Source of the DNA: Octopus vulgaris
Taxonomy: Eukaryota
Assembly (NCBI GenBank): GCA_951406725.2
Contig: OX597817.1
Location: 114,700,001-114,764,000 of the forward strand
DNA: 64,000 nt
Direction: 5' to 3'
Shown here: positions 36,320 to 48,501 of the stretch, piece after piece
Numbering within the stretch: the first letter of the stretch is position 1
Layout of the letters: each line of letters begins with the position of its first letter
The notes under the pieces: generated by a model
Database searches by the model: none
Told to the model about the DNA's origin: nothing
The model's input: the letters and a program-made list of their open reading frames with translations, nothing else
Translations under genes and position numbers: made by a program

Positions 36320-36710
36320 TTAACGTGGTGTGCTGGCAGGGTTGTTAGCATGTTGAGCAAAATACTTAGTTGCATTTTGTCCTGCCATTTCATCCATCTG
36401 CACGTTCTAAGTTTAAATTCTGCCAAGATTGATTTTTGCCCTTCATCCTTTCAGGTTTGATAAATTAAGTACCAGTTGAGCATTTGGGGTAATGAAAATG
36501 ACTAGCTCCCTCCTCCAAATTTTCAGGCCTTGTGCCTATAGTAGAAATAATTATTATTACTCTTAAGGTGGTGAGCTGGTAGAATCATTAGCTCACTGGA
36601 CAAAATGCTGAGTGGAATTTTGTCTGTTTTACAGTCTAAGTCTAAATTCCATCAAGATTGACTCCCCCCCCCCCCCCGCCTAAACTTCCACCAAGATTGA
36701 CTTTCCCTTC
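36320..36710 (+). mobile_element. SINE family B, tandem copies
   Basis: 36320-36550 ends GGCCTTGTGCCTATAGTAGAAA(TAA/TTA)n; a second head AAGGTGGTGAGCTGGTAGAATC starts near 36565. Confidence 0.8.
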
Positions 36711-37440
36711 CACTTCAGATAGAGCTTAATCAGGAGGATAAGGTGGCTGATCAACCAGTTCAAATCCACAGTCATGCACAATAGCCATTGAAATGAAGGA
36801 CTTATGTGCTGGAGCTTTGTCCTGATGAAACAAGACCCCTTTCATCAGTTTTCCTAGATGTTTGACCTTGATAGCTTTTCATAACTGCCTCAGCAAGTTA
36901 GCATATTACTCTACATTTGATGGTATGGCCCTTTTGAAGATAGTCAATAAACAATTTCTTTTGCATCCTAATAAACTGAGGCCATCAGTTTCCCTGCAGA
37001 TGAAATGGCCTTCGCCTTCTTAGGAGCAGATGAGGAGGGTTGTTTCTACTGCATAGATTGTCACTTTGCCTGTTGCTCAAAGATGAATCCAACACCTATC
37101 CTGAGTTAGGAAACGTTCAAGGAAACCACCTGGATTTGCCTCAAACAATATCAGATTTTCCTGTGATGTGAATAGTCTGGTGTGCTTTTGATCAGGTGTC
37201 AGAAGATGTGGCACCAACTGAGGGGAAACCTTCATCATACTAAGTTCATTGTATAGAATATTCTTAACTTTTTCACAAGATATGTTAATAGCACTGGCTA
37301 TTTGATTTATAGCCTCTCATCCATCACCATGTGGTGAACACAATCAGTGATTACCTTTGTCGAGGTAGTTATAGGACGTCCAAACATTGGGACATCTTCA
37401 AGACTCTGTCTTCCCCTCCTAAGTTCATCTGCCCATTTTT
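36710..37440 (-). pseudogene. Mariner (Tc1/mariner, DD34D) transposase relic
   Basis: With stops and frameshifts: KWADELRRGRQSLEDVPMFGRP..LVPHLLTPDQK..FLERFLTQDRCWIH..PKKAKAISSAGKLMASV..IDYLQKG..VLFHQDKAPAH..CGFELVDQPPYPPD*A. Confidence 0.9.
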
Positions 37441-37442
37441 GA

Positions 37443-37630
37443 ACTCTTTGCTCTTTACTCTTTTACTTTTTTCAGTCATTTGACTGTGGCCATGCTGGAG
37501 CACCACCTTTAGTCGAGCAAATCGACCCCAGGACTTGTTCTTTGTAAGCCTAGTACTTATTCTATCAGTCTCTTTTGCCAAACCGCTAAATAACTGGGAC
37601 GTAAACACACCAGCATCAGTTGTCAAGCGT
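37443..37630 (-). mobile_element. SINE family A 3' half, truncating the mariner relic
   Basis: CTCTTTTAC..TCAGTCATTTGACTGTGGCCATGCTGGAGCACC..GTTGTCAAGCG. Confidence 0.9.
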
Positions 37631-37726
37631 ATTACAAAGTATTAGACAGGAACAATATGTTTAAGATTCAAGAGTTTTGAAGCTTTGTTTGCTTGAATTG
37701 AATTGAACAGGAATATGAAATAATAA

Positions 37727-38372
37727 TGGTGGTGAGCTGGACAGAATTGTTAACACATTGGACAAAATTCTTAGCAGGATTACTTCTGGTGCTTTATGCT
37801 CTCAGTTCAAATTTCACCAATCCTAATTTTGCCTTTCATCCTTTGAGGGTCGATAAAATGAGAACCAATCAAATACTCAACATGTCCCCTGCGCTCAAAA
37901 TTGCTGGCCTTGAGCTCTGCATTGGACTAGCATCCCATTTAGGGCAAAGTTATGATCTTTATATTTTGTGTTCAAATTCTACTGAGGTTTACTTTATCTT
38001 TTATTCTTTCAAGGTTGATAAAATAAGTTCTAGTTAAGCTTGTGGGGTCAATGTGTAATTGGTTAGACTGGCATTATCATAATTGACTAATCCTCTCCTC
38101 CCAATTTCAGGCCTTGTGCCTTTAGTAGAAAGGATCATTATTATTTTTATTACCAAGACTATTTTTTATTATCATTAAAGCAGCAAGGTGGCAGAATGCT
38201 TAGTGAGACTTCATTCATCCTTATGTTCTGAGTTCAAATTTCGCGAAGGTCGACTTTGCCTTTCATTCTTTCAAGATCGATAAAATAAGTACCAGTGGAA
38301 CATTGGGGGTTAATGTAATTGACTTAGCCCCTCTTCTGAAATTACTGGCCTTGTGCCAAAATTTGAAACCAT
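37727..38372 (+). mobile_element. SINE family B, three tandem copies
   Basis: Repeated GTTCAAATT..CTTT(C/T)AT(C/T)CTTT..GATAAAAT blocks at about 37800, 37970 and 38230, with (TTA)n tails. Confidence 0.8.
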
Positions 38373-38719
38373 TATTATTATGATTATTATCATTAATAGT
38401 AACAGTAATATTAGTAATAACAGTTTTTTTTTTTTTAAAAAGCAATTCTTTTTTGTTTTTCAGTCAGGTCTTTTTAAACAAGAAAGGGTTAAACACATTT
38501 ACTGCAAATCATTCCATTCTCTTAAAAGGAACCATGAAAGATCAATATTGTAATATAAACAACAGAACAGAAGCAAATAAAATGGATTTCAATCTCTGAA
38601 ATCATTATGCCGTATCGTAGATAGTATAACTCAACTTTCTATACTTTTATATTAATTTCTGTTTACCTAAAGTTTTCCGCTATCCTTTGATTTGGACGTT
38701 GTTGTTGTTATGTGTGCTG

Positions 38720-38774
38720 TGTTGTGGGACTCCTTGTGATGTGTGCATCTCTGTATGTGAGTGTATATATTTTA

Positions 38775-38826
<52 letters not shown>

Positions 38827-39224
38827 TACATGTAGGAATAAAATATGTATGTATATTTATTGTGTATGTATGTGTGTGTATACATATATATATGTACACA
38901 CACACACGCACACACATATACGTGTGTGTGTGTGTGTGTGTGTGTGTGCTCATATGCATGTGTGCGTGTATAGATAAATAGGAAAAAATAGGTCTGTATC
39001 TATACTGATTTATATGTGTATATATAAATCTATAGTTACACACACACACACAAATATATACACATGTATAAATTCATATCTCTCTCTCTATATATATATA
39101 TATTTGTGTGTGTGTGTGGGATACAGAATGATATACATATGGCATAAATTATATATAATATTTATATTTATGTATAACACATAAATATAACGTATGTATC
39201 TCCCTCATCTTCTCTCTCTCTCTC

Positions 39225-39258
<34 letters not shown>

Positions 39259-39833
39259 ATATATATATATATATATTATATACGTGTGTGTGTGTGTCTG
39301 TATATATACATATATGTATATATATATACACACACACATACACACATATTTATATATATTCTACATGCATACATGTATATATAATGTATATATATATATA
39401 CATACACACACACACACACATATATATATAAGCATATACATAAATGTACATGCATACATACATACAGTCATACATACATACATACATACGTTCATAGGCA
39501 TGTACATATGTATGTATGTATATTTGTTTTAAATAGCTGAGATAGTGAGTTAGTCGAAACAGGTGAGCAAGTTCAAGACTGAAGACTTGTTTTCTAGTCT
39601 GATCAATGCATTCATGAGATTTTATTTTTATTGTCTTTTTTTTTTGTTTCACATTTTACTTTTTCTTCATTTATTTTTCCTTTTGTTTTAGTTTTTTTGT
39701 TTGTTTTGTAATTTGTTATTATTTTTCTAAGAGATAATCACTTAAAAGGGTTTGTGTTTAGCGATGGAAATATGATTCCCCACTAGATAGACACAAAGAG
39801 AGAAATATAGCGATTAAAAATAAAGCAGACCAC

Positions 39834-39868
<35 letters not shown>

Positions 39869-39961
39869 GAGAAACAAAGAAAGAAAAATCCCAAAACAGA
39901 AACCAAATATACTATGCTTATATGCTATAAATCAATTTATGTGTTTGTATATATGTATGCA

Positions 39962-40009
<48 letters not shown>

Positions 40010-40221
40010 TATATGTGTGTGTATATATCTATCTATCTATATATGTATATATATATATATATATTATATATATAAATATATATTTGCATATATATATATC
40101 TATATGCATTTATATATATATATATATATTTATGTGTATATATATGTATATATATATATTTGCATAATTATATATTTGCTTGTATATATGTATATATAGA
40201 TATATAGGTATGTGTATATGC

Positions 40222-40272
<51 letters not shown>

Positions 40273-40900
40273 TTGCATATGTATGCATCTATGTTTGGTA
40301 TGTATGATTCCGTGTGTATTTTGTTTGATTTTCATGAATTTGAGTTCATGTGTGCCCATGTGTACATAATTGTGTTATAAGATACACCTGATGGTTTTGT
40401 TTCTTTTGTCTTTTTTTTGTGTTGAACTTAGGTATATACATACTAATGTGTGTGTGTGTGTGTGTATCTGTACATAGATAGATTTATGTGTTTATAGGCA
40501 TATATCTATGTGTTTTTATATATTGTACATATGTAAAATATACACACACATATACATGCATATATATCCGTGTTTTGTGCCTCCTTTTTATTTATGTGGT
40601 GTTTAGGTTTGCTATGTATTGTTATATTGCCTATAAGTGTTAAACCAAAGTAAATATAATGTCCGTGTCTGTATATATATATATGTGTGTGCATGTATGT
40701 ATAAATGATTTTGTGGGTTTGTGTGCATGTATGTATGCGTATGTATCTACATTTATCTCTTCATCAATCTGTCTACCAATATATTTATGTATATCTTTTC
40801 TTCACTGTTTCTACGTATATGTATATATATATATATATTGAAAGAGAGGAAGAGAAATGCCCCACTTACAAACATGTGCACATATTTATTGTGTGTGGAT

Positions 40901-40937
<37 letters not shown>

Positions 40938-40945
40938 TGTGTGTG
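38720..40945. repeat. Extended compound (TA)n/(CA)n/(TG)n/(GAAA)n low-complexity block
   Basis: Direct reading; it accounts for the Y/I/H/T/C/V-rich ORFs in the track. Confidence 0.9.
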
Positions 40946-41304
40946 ATTGATAAAATCAGGGAGATGAGCTGGCAGATATCTCTATGTATGCATATCATGG
41001 TTGGATTCCACCCTCTCTATCCAACCTCCTATACTGGCAAGTATGCTAATAGTCTGAATCAGTAGTTTTTAACCAAGATCCCTATGACCCCCTAGGGGTG
41101 GGGGATCCATATAAAACTTGGGAGTAGGGGGTCTACACAAGCAAAATAGTAAATTGGGGGTTTGCATAATTTTTAGGGATCCAAATGTATTTACTGCAGA
41201 AACAACTAGGTTTCTTTCACTAATGTTTTACATAGTTCAACATGTTTCTGGCCACTGAAGCATCTTTTCTCAGTGAGTGTTATTGCTAATCTACATGAGA
41301 GTGA

Positions 41305-41710
41305 GGCGTAGGAGTGGCTGTGTGGTAAGTAGCTTGCTTACCAATCACATGGTTCTGGGTTCAGTCCCACTACGTGGCACCTTGGGTAAGTGTCTTCTAC
41401 TATAGCCTCGGGCCGACCAAAGCCTTGTGAGTGGATTTGGTAGACGGAAACTGAAAGAAGCCCATTGTATATATGTATGTATATATGTGTGTGTGTGTGT
41501 GTGTGAGTCTGTCCCACTAACATCGCTTGACAACCGATGCTGATGTGTTTACGCCCCCGTAACTTAGTGGTTCGGCAAAAGAGACCAATAGAATAAGTAC
41601 TAGGCTTACAAAGAATTTATCCTGGGGTCAATTTGATCGACTAGAGGTGGTGCCCCAGCATGTCCACAGTCAAATGACTGAAACAAGTAAAAGAGTAAAA
41701 GAGTAAAGAG
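41305..41710 (+). mobile_element. SINE family A, full length
   Basis: GGCGTAGGAGTGGCTGTGTGGTAAG..GGCACCTTGGGTAAGTG..GACTGAAACAAGTAAAAGAGTAAAAGAG. Confidence 0.92.
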
Positions 41711-41772
41711 AGTTAGAGGATGAGTGAGAAGCAAAATAGGAATTTCGAAAGAAGTATCAGTAAAAGTAGCAT

Positions 41773-42000
41773 TTAACCTTTTAGCATTTAAACTAGCCAT
41801 ACCTATCCAAAGCATTCTTGCTGTTTTATGTTCAAACTGGTCAGATCAGGCTTCTCACACCAACCTAACAATTTCATTCTAAAAATCAACAGTTATATCA
41901 TCGAAATCCCCAAATTGTGAGAGAATGCATGACTTATGGAAAACCACGAGAATAAATAAGCATTGCATTTGACAGAATAATCTGAATGCTAAAGGATTAA
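41773..42000 (+). mobile_element. piggyBac-type MITE
   Basis: TTAA-CCTTTTAGCATT..GAATGCTAAAGGA-TTAA. Confidence 0.85.
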
Positions 42001-42379
42001 CCATCAAATGGCTATGGGGGTTCGCTAGAGTAAAACAATAACCAAAGGGATCCATAGATAAAACAAAAGTTGAGAACCACTAGTCTAAACTAATAACTTG
42101 GTATCGAAATCCCCCCTCTCTTACCATATACCCAATTCTAATGTACTCTTGCCTTGTACTATGGATTCTTTTGCATTACCACTGGTCATCTGCTTCATAC
42201 TGACGCTCCACCTCTTTTGCTCTTTTGCCAAAGTATGAGAGTTGCTTGAAACCTAGCAATTTCCCTGCCTTATCTATTTGAAGAGGTACGGCTTCATAGC
42301 AACAGTGGGAATAATTCATCTAAGAATTTTGGTAGTGTGAATAAACTCAATATAATCATCATCACCGTCATCATTATTA

Positions 42380-42620
42380 TCATCATCATCATCATCAATC
42401 CGGTTTCCATGCTGGCATAGATTGGACTACTTGATTGGGACTGGCCAGCTGAAAAGTGGCCTGGGTTCATGCCTGTTTTTGGCATGGTTTCTATGGCTGG
42501 ATGCCCTTCCTAACACCAACTACTTTACAGAGTGTAGTGAGTACCTTTACACAACATTGGCCTAGGGGCTCCTATGTGGAACTGGCACGGGTGCTTTTTT
42601 ACATGGTACCAATACCTATG
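42380..42620 (-). mobile_element. RTE LINE 3' tail, degenerate
   Basis: (ATC)n..TTTCCATGCTGGCAT..GTTTCTATGGCTGGATGCCCTTCCTAACACCAAC. Confidence 0.75.
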
Positions 42621-42970
42621 AGTCTGAAAAAATAGGAGTGCTCAGCTGAAGAGGGATGTAGAAGATAGCTTATGAAAGAAAGGTGGCCTAACTGCATGAA
42701 GATGATATGGTGTAGTGGTGAGGGGTATAATTTTTCAGTCATAGAAGACTACGTCTCTAATGGTTGTGGCATGATAAAAATGCACCAGTCCATATGAGCA
42801 AGAAATGATTTGTGACAGGAGTAGCATCCAGCCAATAAAACCAAGCTATGTTGTCAGTGTATCCATTGTTATACATATTAAAGTGAGCAGTTTACTTAAG
42901 TCCTAGTTTGTGTACACTATATACAACTATAAGCTACTAGTCTCTCTCTGTACTAAAGACAGACTTCTTT

Positions 42971-43009
42971 TCTCTGATGAAGACTTAGTAAGACTGGAAA
43001 CTAATCAGA
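42971..43009 (+). ncRNA. Minimal hammerhead ribozyme-like motif
   Basis: TCT-CTGATGA-AG A CTT AGT AAG A CT G-GAAA-CTAA-TC-AGA. Intact core boxes, 3-bp stem I, and stem III one substitution from the palindrome ACTAGT. Confidence 0.5.
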
Positions 43010-43514
43010 TTGATGTAATTTTTCTACCACTGAGATTTAAAAGCCTATGGTGGAACCACTTTGTCCACTTTTTGTAAGAAGACTAAAATTGTGTTCTTAT
43101 ATTCTAAAAACTATATGGACATGTGTGTGCGTGTGTATGAAAGTGTGTGTGTGTGAGGGAGAATGCATATATGAGTGAGTGTGTGTGAGTATGTGTGCAT
43201 GTGTATTTGTATATTTTACTTTTGATACATTCCATTTTTGCAAACATACGATATTGATACATGAAACAATCTGAGGAACTTAATCTGACTTTGAAAATAC
43301 TTGAAAATACTCAAGTATTGTCACACTTCTCTGAAATCATTTATTCTACTCTCATTTTGTATCGTTTTTCTTTTCTCTCTCACATACTGTCAGTAGCCAT
43401 ATCTTACTCTAATGACTGTTGGTGCAAGCATTAATGGGCTGTTCTGATACTGAGTTCAGTTGGCATGCTGCAGTAAAAGACTTAAAGTAGGTATTCTGTA
43501 TCCAGAATACTCTC

Positions 43515-43667
43515 TCTTTACTCTTTACTCTTTACCCCAGGACTTATTCTTTTGGAAGCCCAGTACTTATTCTATCGGTCTCTTTTGCCGAACCGCTAAG
43601 TAACGGGGACATAAACACACCAGCATCATTGTCAAGCAATGCTAGGGAGACAACCACAGACACATGA

Positions 43668-43698
<31 letters not shown>

Positions 43699-43860
43699 CA
43701 TATATACGACGGGCTTCTTTCAGTTTCCGTCTACCAAATCCACTCACAAGGCTTTTCTCGGCCCGAGGCTATACTAGAAGACACTTGCCCAAGGTGCCTT
43801 GCAGTGGGACTGAACCTGGAACCGTGTGGCTGGTAAACAAGCTACTTACCACACAGCCAC
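43515..43860 (-). mobile_element. SINE family A
   Basis: Reverse complement of 41305-41710 with a shortened tail. Confidence 0.9.
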
Positions 43861-43924
43861 TTTTTCAGATATTTCCACAAATTCATTTCTTTTTACTTTT
43901 TGAAAATAATCGAACAGATGATTG

Positions 43925-44175
43925 TGAAGCAAACTTGTTATTCCCATGATCCTTCATGAGTCATATAGACTCATGGGGCTGACTTTCTGGTTTCCATGGC
44001 ACATATATTCCCCACTGGATGGGATGCCAGCCTGTTGCAGGATTACTCATTTTTGCCAGCCAAGTGGACTGGAGCAACATGAAATGAAGTGCATTGTTCA
44101 AGAACGCAACACATTGCCTGGTCCAGGAATCAGAACCACAATCTTATGATTGTCAGTCCAACACTGTGTAGCCAC
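43925..44175 (-). mobile_element. SINE family C (V-SINE-like block)
   Basis: Minus strand GTGTTGGACTGACAATC..GATTCCTGGACC..GTTGCTCCAGTCCAC..CCTGCAACAGGCTGGCATCCCATCCAGTGGGG. Confidence 0.65.
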
Positions 44176-44249
44176 TAATATATATACATGGACATTTCTC
44201 ACACAAGCACACACATACACGCTGCAATAAATGTAATATATATTTTTTT

Positions 44250-44460
44250 ACTACCCACAAGGGGCTAAACACAGAGGGGACAAAGACAGACAAACGGATT
44301 AAGTCGATTATATCAACCCCAGTGTGTAACTGGTACTTAATTTATCGACCCTGAAAGGATGAAAGGCAAAGTTGACCTCGGCGGAATTTGAACTCAGAAC
44401 GTAGTGACAAACGAAATATGGCTACGCATTTTGCTCGGCGTGCTAACGTTTCTGCCAGCT
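44250..44460 (-). mobile_element. SINE family B
   Basis: CTACCCACAAGGGGCTAAACAC..GAAAGGATGAAAGGCAAAG..GGCGGAATTTGAACTC..TTCTGCCAGCT. Confidence 0.9.
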
Positions 44461-44480
44461 GTAATATAAATGTGCATGCA

Positions 44481-44512
<32 letters not shown>

Positions 44513-44514
44513 TA

Positions 44515-45405
44515 TATATATAAATAAATAAATAAAACATATGCATATATACATACATATATGTACATACCTACCTCTACATGTATATATACATGCATAT
44601 ATGGGTACAGGACACCAAAAAAATGTCAAACACAATGAGAAACAAAAACATAAACACAAAACCGAGGAAATGGACATTTTTTTAAACAACGAAAAAATAG
44701 AGTACAGGACATACAAACAAGGAAAATTCTCCTTCATCAGTCGCCTTAATTTTATCTACTCCACGTTTCGAAGGTCAGGCAATACATGACTTCAATGAAA
44801 TTTTCCTTCCCGCAGAAATCAAATTAAATAAAATTTGAGATTTTTTTGCGGAGGGGTAAAAATGGTAACAAAAACAGGACAGTAACGACAGTACAAAATA
44901 TAAACAGGACAACGGAGAATAACAGTAACACAAACAAGGAGGGCTGTTAAGCCAAACAAGATAAAAAATTTTTACGAACGCTATTCTTTGGGATCGGCAG
45001 AGCAACAGATTTTACCGTCCCTACTTGGAGGAAGCTGGAGAAGAAAAGACAGAAAAAGGCATCTCATCACGTGACCGCGACGGGACGGAGGAGGAGGAGT
45101 AAGAGAAAGTGAGAGAAAAAACGGGGATGGTGGTAGAGAAAAGAATGAAGAATGAGAGAGAGACAGTAAGGTAGAAGAAAAGGATAGCCAAAAGAAGGGG
45201 GAGAGAAAGGTTAAGAGTGCGCATCATTATTAATATTAAGAACAATTTTACTTAGAAATGGATGCGTGTGTTCAGATATATATAAATAAATAAATAAAAT
45301 ATATGCATATACACATACATATATGTACATACCTACCTCTACATGTATATATACATACATATATGGGTACAGGACACCAAAAAAACCTCGAACACAATGA
45401 GAAAC
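44515..45405 (-). mobile_element. Non-coding element with terminal direct repeats of about 130 bp (Penelope pLTR-like)
   Basis: 44515-44643 recurs at 45277-45405. CpG-retaining interior; the minus strand carries CCTTCGAAACGT and CTGATGAAGG motifs at 44725-44780. Confidence 0.65.
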
Positions 45406-45542
45406 TATATATATTAAAATTTTTTTTATGTATTGATTAAGTCTTTCCTTGTTTGATTTACAAAATAGTGGTTTTGTCTCTAATTAATATTATATATATA
45501 TATGTATATATTTTGCGAACTTGTGTAAATGTGTATAGAATA

Positions 45543-45821
45543 ATATATCAGTTGAATAAAGTTAAAACACGGTCTGGTTTTCGTGTTTTTTTATTATTGT
45601 ATTTAAAAAAATATTTTTACAATTTTGAAATGTGTTAAACATTAAAAAAATATTTTGTAATGTTCATAAAGTTCAATTAGTGCTTTCATATGTTTATAGT
45701 AATCATCAGATTTCAAAACGTATTTCACTGACAGTTGAGTTTTGATAACTGTAGTAAAATAACTGACTTCTTTTTTATACCTCTTAGAAGTATAAAACTT
45801 AACTTTATTCAACTGATATAT
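45543..45821. mobile_element. Element bounded by a perfect 23-bp inverted repeat, with a decayed hammerhead-like core
   Basis: ATATATCAGTTGAATAAAGTTAA at 45543-45565 and its reverse complement at 45799-45821. Minus strand 45675-45712: AAT-CTGATGA-..-GAAA-GCAC-TA-ATT. Confidence 0.55.
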
Positions 45822-45825
45822 ATAT

Positions 45826-46295
45826 TTCATTTGAGTTTGAGTCCATGCTCAGGCCAAGTCGAAGACTCCACCCTCAGAGTTTGGTGTGGTTGCCAGGTTG
45901 TATTCTCTGTTTAATTTTGACATGTGTAGGAGCGAGTTTGAGTCAGTTTGTGCTCGTTGTGTATATCCTGGGAGATGGGGTTCATCTCTAATGGTGCTTA
46001 AGTATCTATCCAGCTGCAATTTGAATGATTCCACACTGCATCCTGATAGATTTCTGACATGTACCGGAATGGAGTTGAATAGTTGTGCTCCTCGAACCAA
46101 CAGACTTGATTCTCACAGGGTTTTTGCTGCCTGGCCAGCCTTTTTGTTGATTGGTGGTAGCTGGCAGCGTCTTCCGAGGCGCAGTGAGTGGTAGGTTTTG
46201 ATACCAAAGTTTGGCACCTTTTGCTCTATCATTTTCCAAATGTATATAATTCGGTATCGCTCAAATCTTCTTTCTATTGAGTACATCCTCAAGGT
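45826..46295 (-). mobile_element. CR1/L2-group LINE 3' end, 5'-truncated, inserted in (TA)n
   Basis: LRMYSIERRFERYRIIYIWKMIEQKVPN..TL*ESSLLVRGAQLFNSIPVHVRNL..FKLQLDRYLSTIRDEP..SNSL with a single stop; short (CTCAAA)-type tail. Confidence 0.85.
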
Positions 46296-46524
46296 TTATA
46301 TATATATATATGCACAATTATTCTTGTGGTTATAATTTTGCTTCACAATCACTTATTCAAAATTATAAAGGATAGAAGACAAAGTTGATCTTAGGCAGGA
46401 TTTTCAGCTTAGGATTGAAAGGGACAGTTTTGTCTGATGCATCACTGATTCTGCCAATTCCCTTCTCAAACACCACCACCACCACCACCATTGCTGCTGC
46501 TGCCACCACCATCACTACTACTAA

Positions 46525-46933
46525 TTCTTGCTAATATGGGGACAAGGCTTGAAATTTGAAGGGAGGGTGGGTTACTTGATAACATCGATCCCAGTGTTCA
46601 ACTGGTAGTTATTTTACCAGCATCAAAAAGATGAAAGGCAAAATCAGACTCAGCAGCATTTGAACTCAGAAAATAAAGCAAATGCTGCCGAGCATTTTGT
46701 CTGGCTTGCTAATGATTCTGCCAGCTCACCACCTTAATAATAATCATAATAATGATTTCAAAATTTGACACAAAGCCAGCAATTTTAGGGGAGGGCATAA
46801 GTCAGTTACATCAAACCCATTGCTCAACTGGTATGTATTTCATTGACCCTGAAATGATGAAAGGAAAGACAGAACGTAATGTCATTAAGCATTTTACCCA
46901 GCACTATAACCATTCTGCTAGCTCACCACTTAA

Positions 46934-46981
<48 letters not shown>

Positions 46982-47102
46982 GCTTCATATTTTGGCACAA
47001 AGCCATCAATTTTGGGGAAAGTGGGTAAGTTGATTACATCAACCCCAGTGCCAACTAGTCCTTATTTTACTGACCCTGAAAGGATGAAAGGCAAAGTAGA
47101 CC
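46525..47102 (-). mobile_element. SINE family B, three tandem copies separated by (TAA)n
   Basis: Copies at about 46525-46736, 46752-46932 and 46980-47102. Confidence 0.8.
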
Positions 47103-48022
47103 TAACAACATCAGCAACAACTGTAAAAACAACAACAACAATAATAATAATGACAATAATAATGTTAATATTTTTGATGAGATGATTAAAGCTTATCATA
47201 TTGTTACCATTCTTTTTTTCTATGGTTATCTTTCTATCCTTTCCTTTAAGAAAAAAAAATCACAAAATCTGTTATGAGAGGGTTAATGTCAATTAATTAA
47301 TTAGGAAATCAGTGAAAGTAGAAAAAAGATGTGATGTAAAAAAATTAATGCAGAAATAATAATATAATAATTATATTAATACTAGTATTAATAATGCTAC
47401 TACTGTGACTAATAATATAGGAAAAAAAAGCTTTCCTTTATTTATTTATTTATTTTTTGCCAATAGTCTTATTTATTATATGGCTTACATTCATTTGGTA
47501 ATTACATTTACTAAACTACCATGCAACAATGATTTTGAGAATAAATGTTATTTTTCATTTGCTAATTAGTGTCTATAAATCATTTTCAAGTAGCTCGATG
47601 TTTCATACTGCTTTTTAGGATTATTATGCTATTTTTGCGAGGTTGTTTATTTTATTTTATTTTATTATTTTTTTCTTTCAATAAAATGTATCTATATAAT
47701 TGTTTATTTACCCTGCTTCAAATATTTAGTAAGCGCTTTAGAATTTATATCTCTGACTATTTACTTTAAATTATGTATATATTTATATATACAAGTGCAT
47801 ATGTGTGTGTGTGTGTGTATTTGTGCTTGTTAATATATGTATATAATATATATAATGTTTGCTTTTATGTATAGGCATGTAAAATAAAAAGACAAGTATT
47901 AAATGAAGGTACACTCTATACATTTAAGTAGTAATATCTAATTTATTTTTACTAGAAAAAGGTTGACAATACTGTGACTTAGTTGCCTTCAGCATGCAGT
48001 CTGATGAAGGCAATTCAGTCAG

Positions 48023-48054
<32 letters not shown>

Positions 48055-48245
48055 ATATAATGTATAAGTGTGTGTATATATATGTATATGTACATATGTA
48101 CATCTATCTGTTTTTCTGTCTGTCTATGTGTGTGTGTGTGTGTGTGCATATGTATATATTTGTGTATATACTATATATATTTATGTATATATATTTACAT
48201 ATATATTTGTGTGTATGTACATACATATATATATATATTTGTATG

Positions 48246-48501
48246 AAGCCTCCCATTACCTTAACTATCATACACGGTTCTAGTTGTGTAAAAAATTGGT
48301 CATGCAAACCTCAGAGGAGAGTTAAAGAAATATCTCAGTTTTAATTGCTCTTACACACACACGCACACACACACACACACACACACGAAGAGCAATTAAA
48401 TCTGAGATATTTCCTTGACTCTCCACTGAGCTCCACGTGACCAATTTTTGACACAACTGACATGATGAGCCATATCAGATAGTTACAATGGTAGGAGGCT
48501 T
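48246..48501. repeat. Fold-back inverted repeat with a (CA)n loop
   Basis: Arm 48246-48352 (AAGCCTCC..GAAATATCTCAGTTTTAATTGCTCTT) is the diverged reverse complement of 48388-48501 (AAGAGCAATTAAATCTGAGATATTTC..GGAGGCTT). Confidence 0.85.

Larger units (their letters stand above)
41060..42082. mobile_element. hAT (Charlie-like) MITE with nested SINE A and piggyBac MITE
   Basis: Ends CAGTAGTTTTTAAC and GTTGAGAACCACTA; 8-bp flanks GTCTGAAT and GTCTAAAC (6/8 match, NTCTAGAN-like); internal sequence matches 63637-63984 in reverse. Confidence 0.75.
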
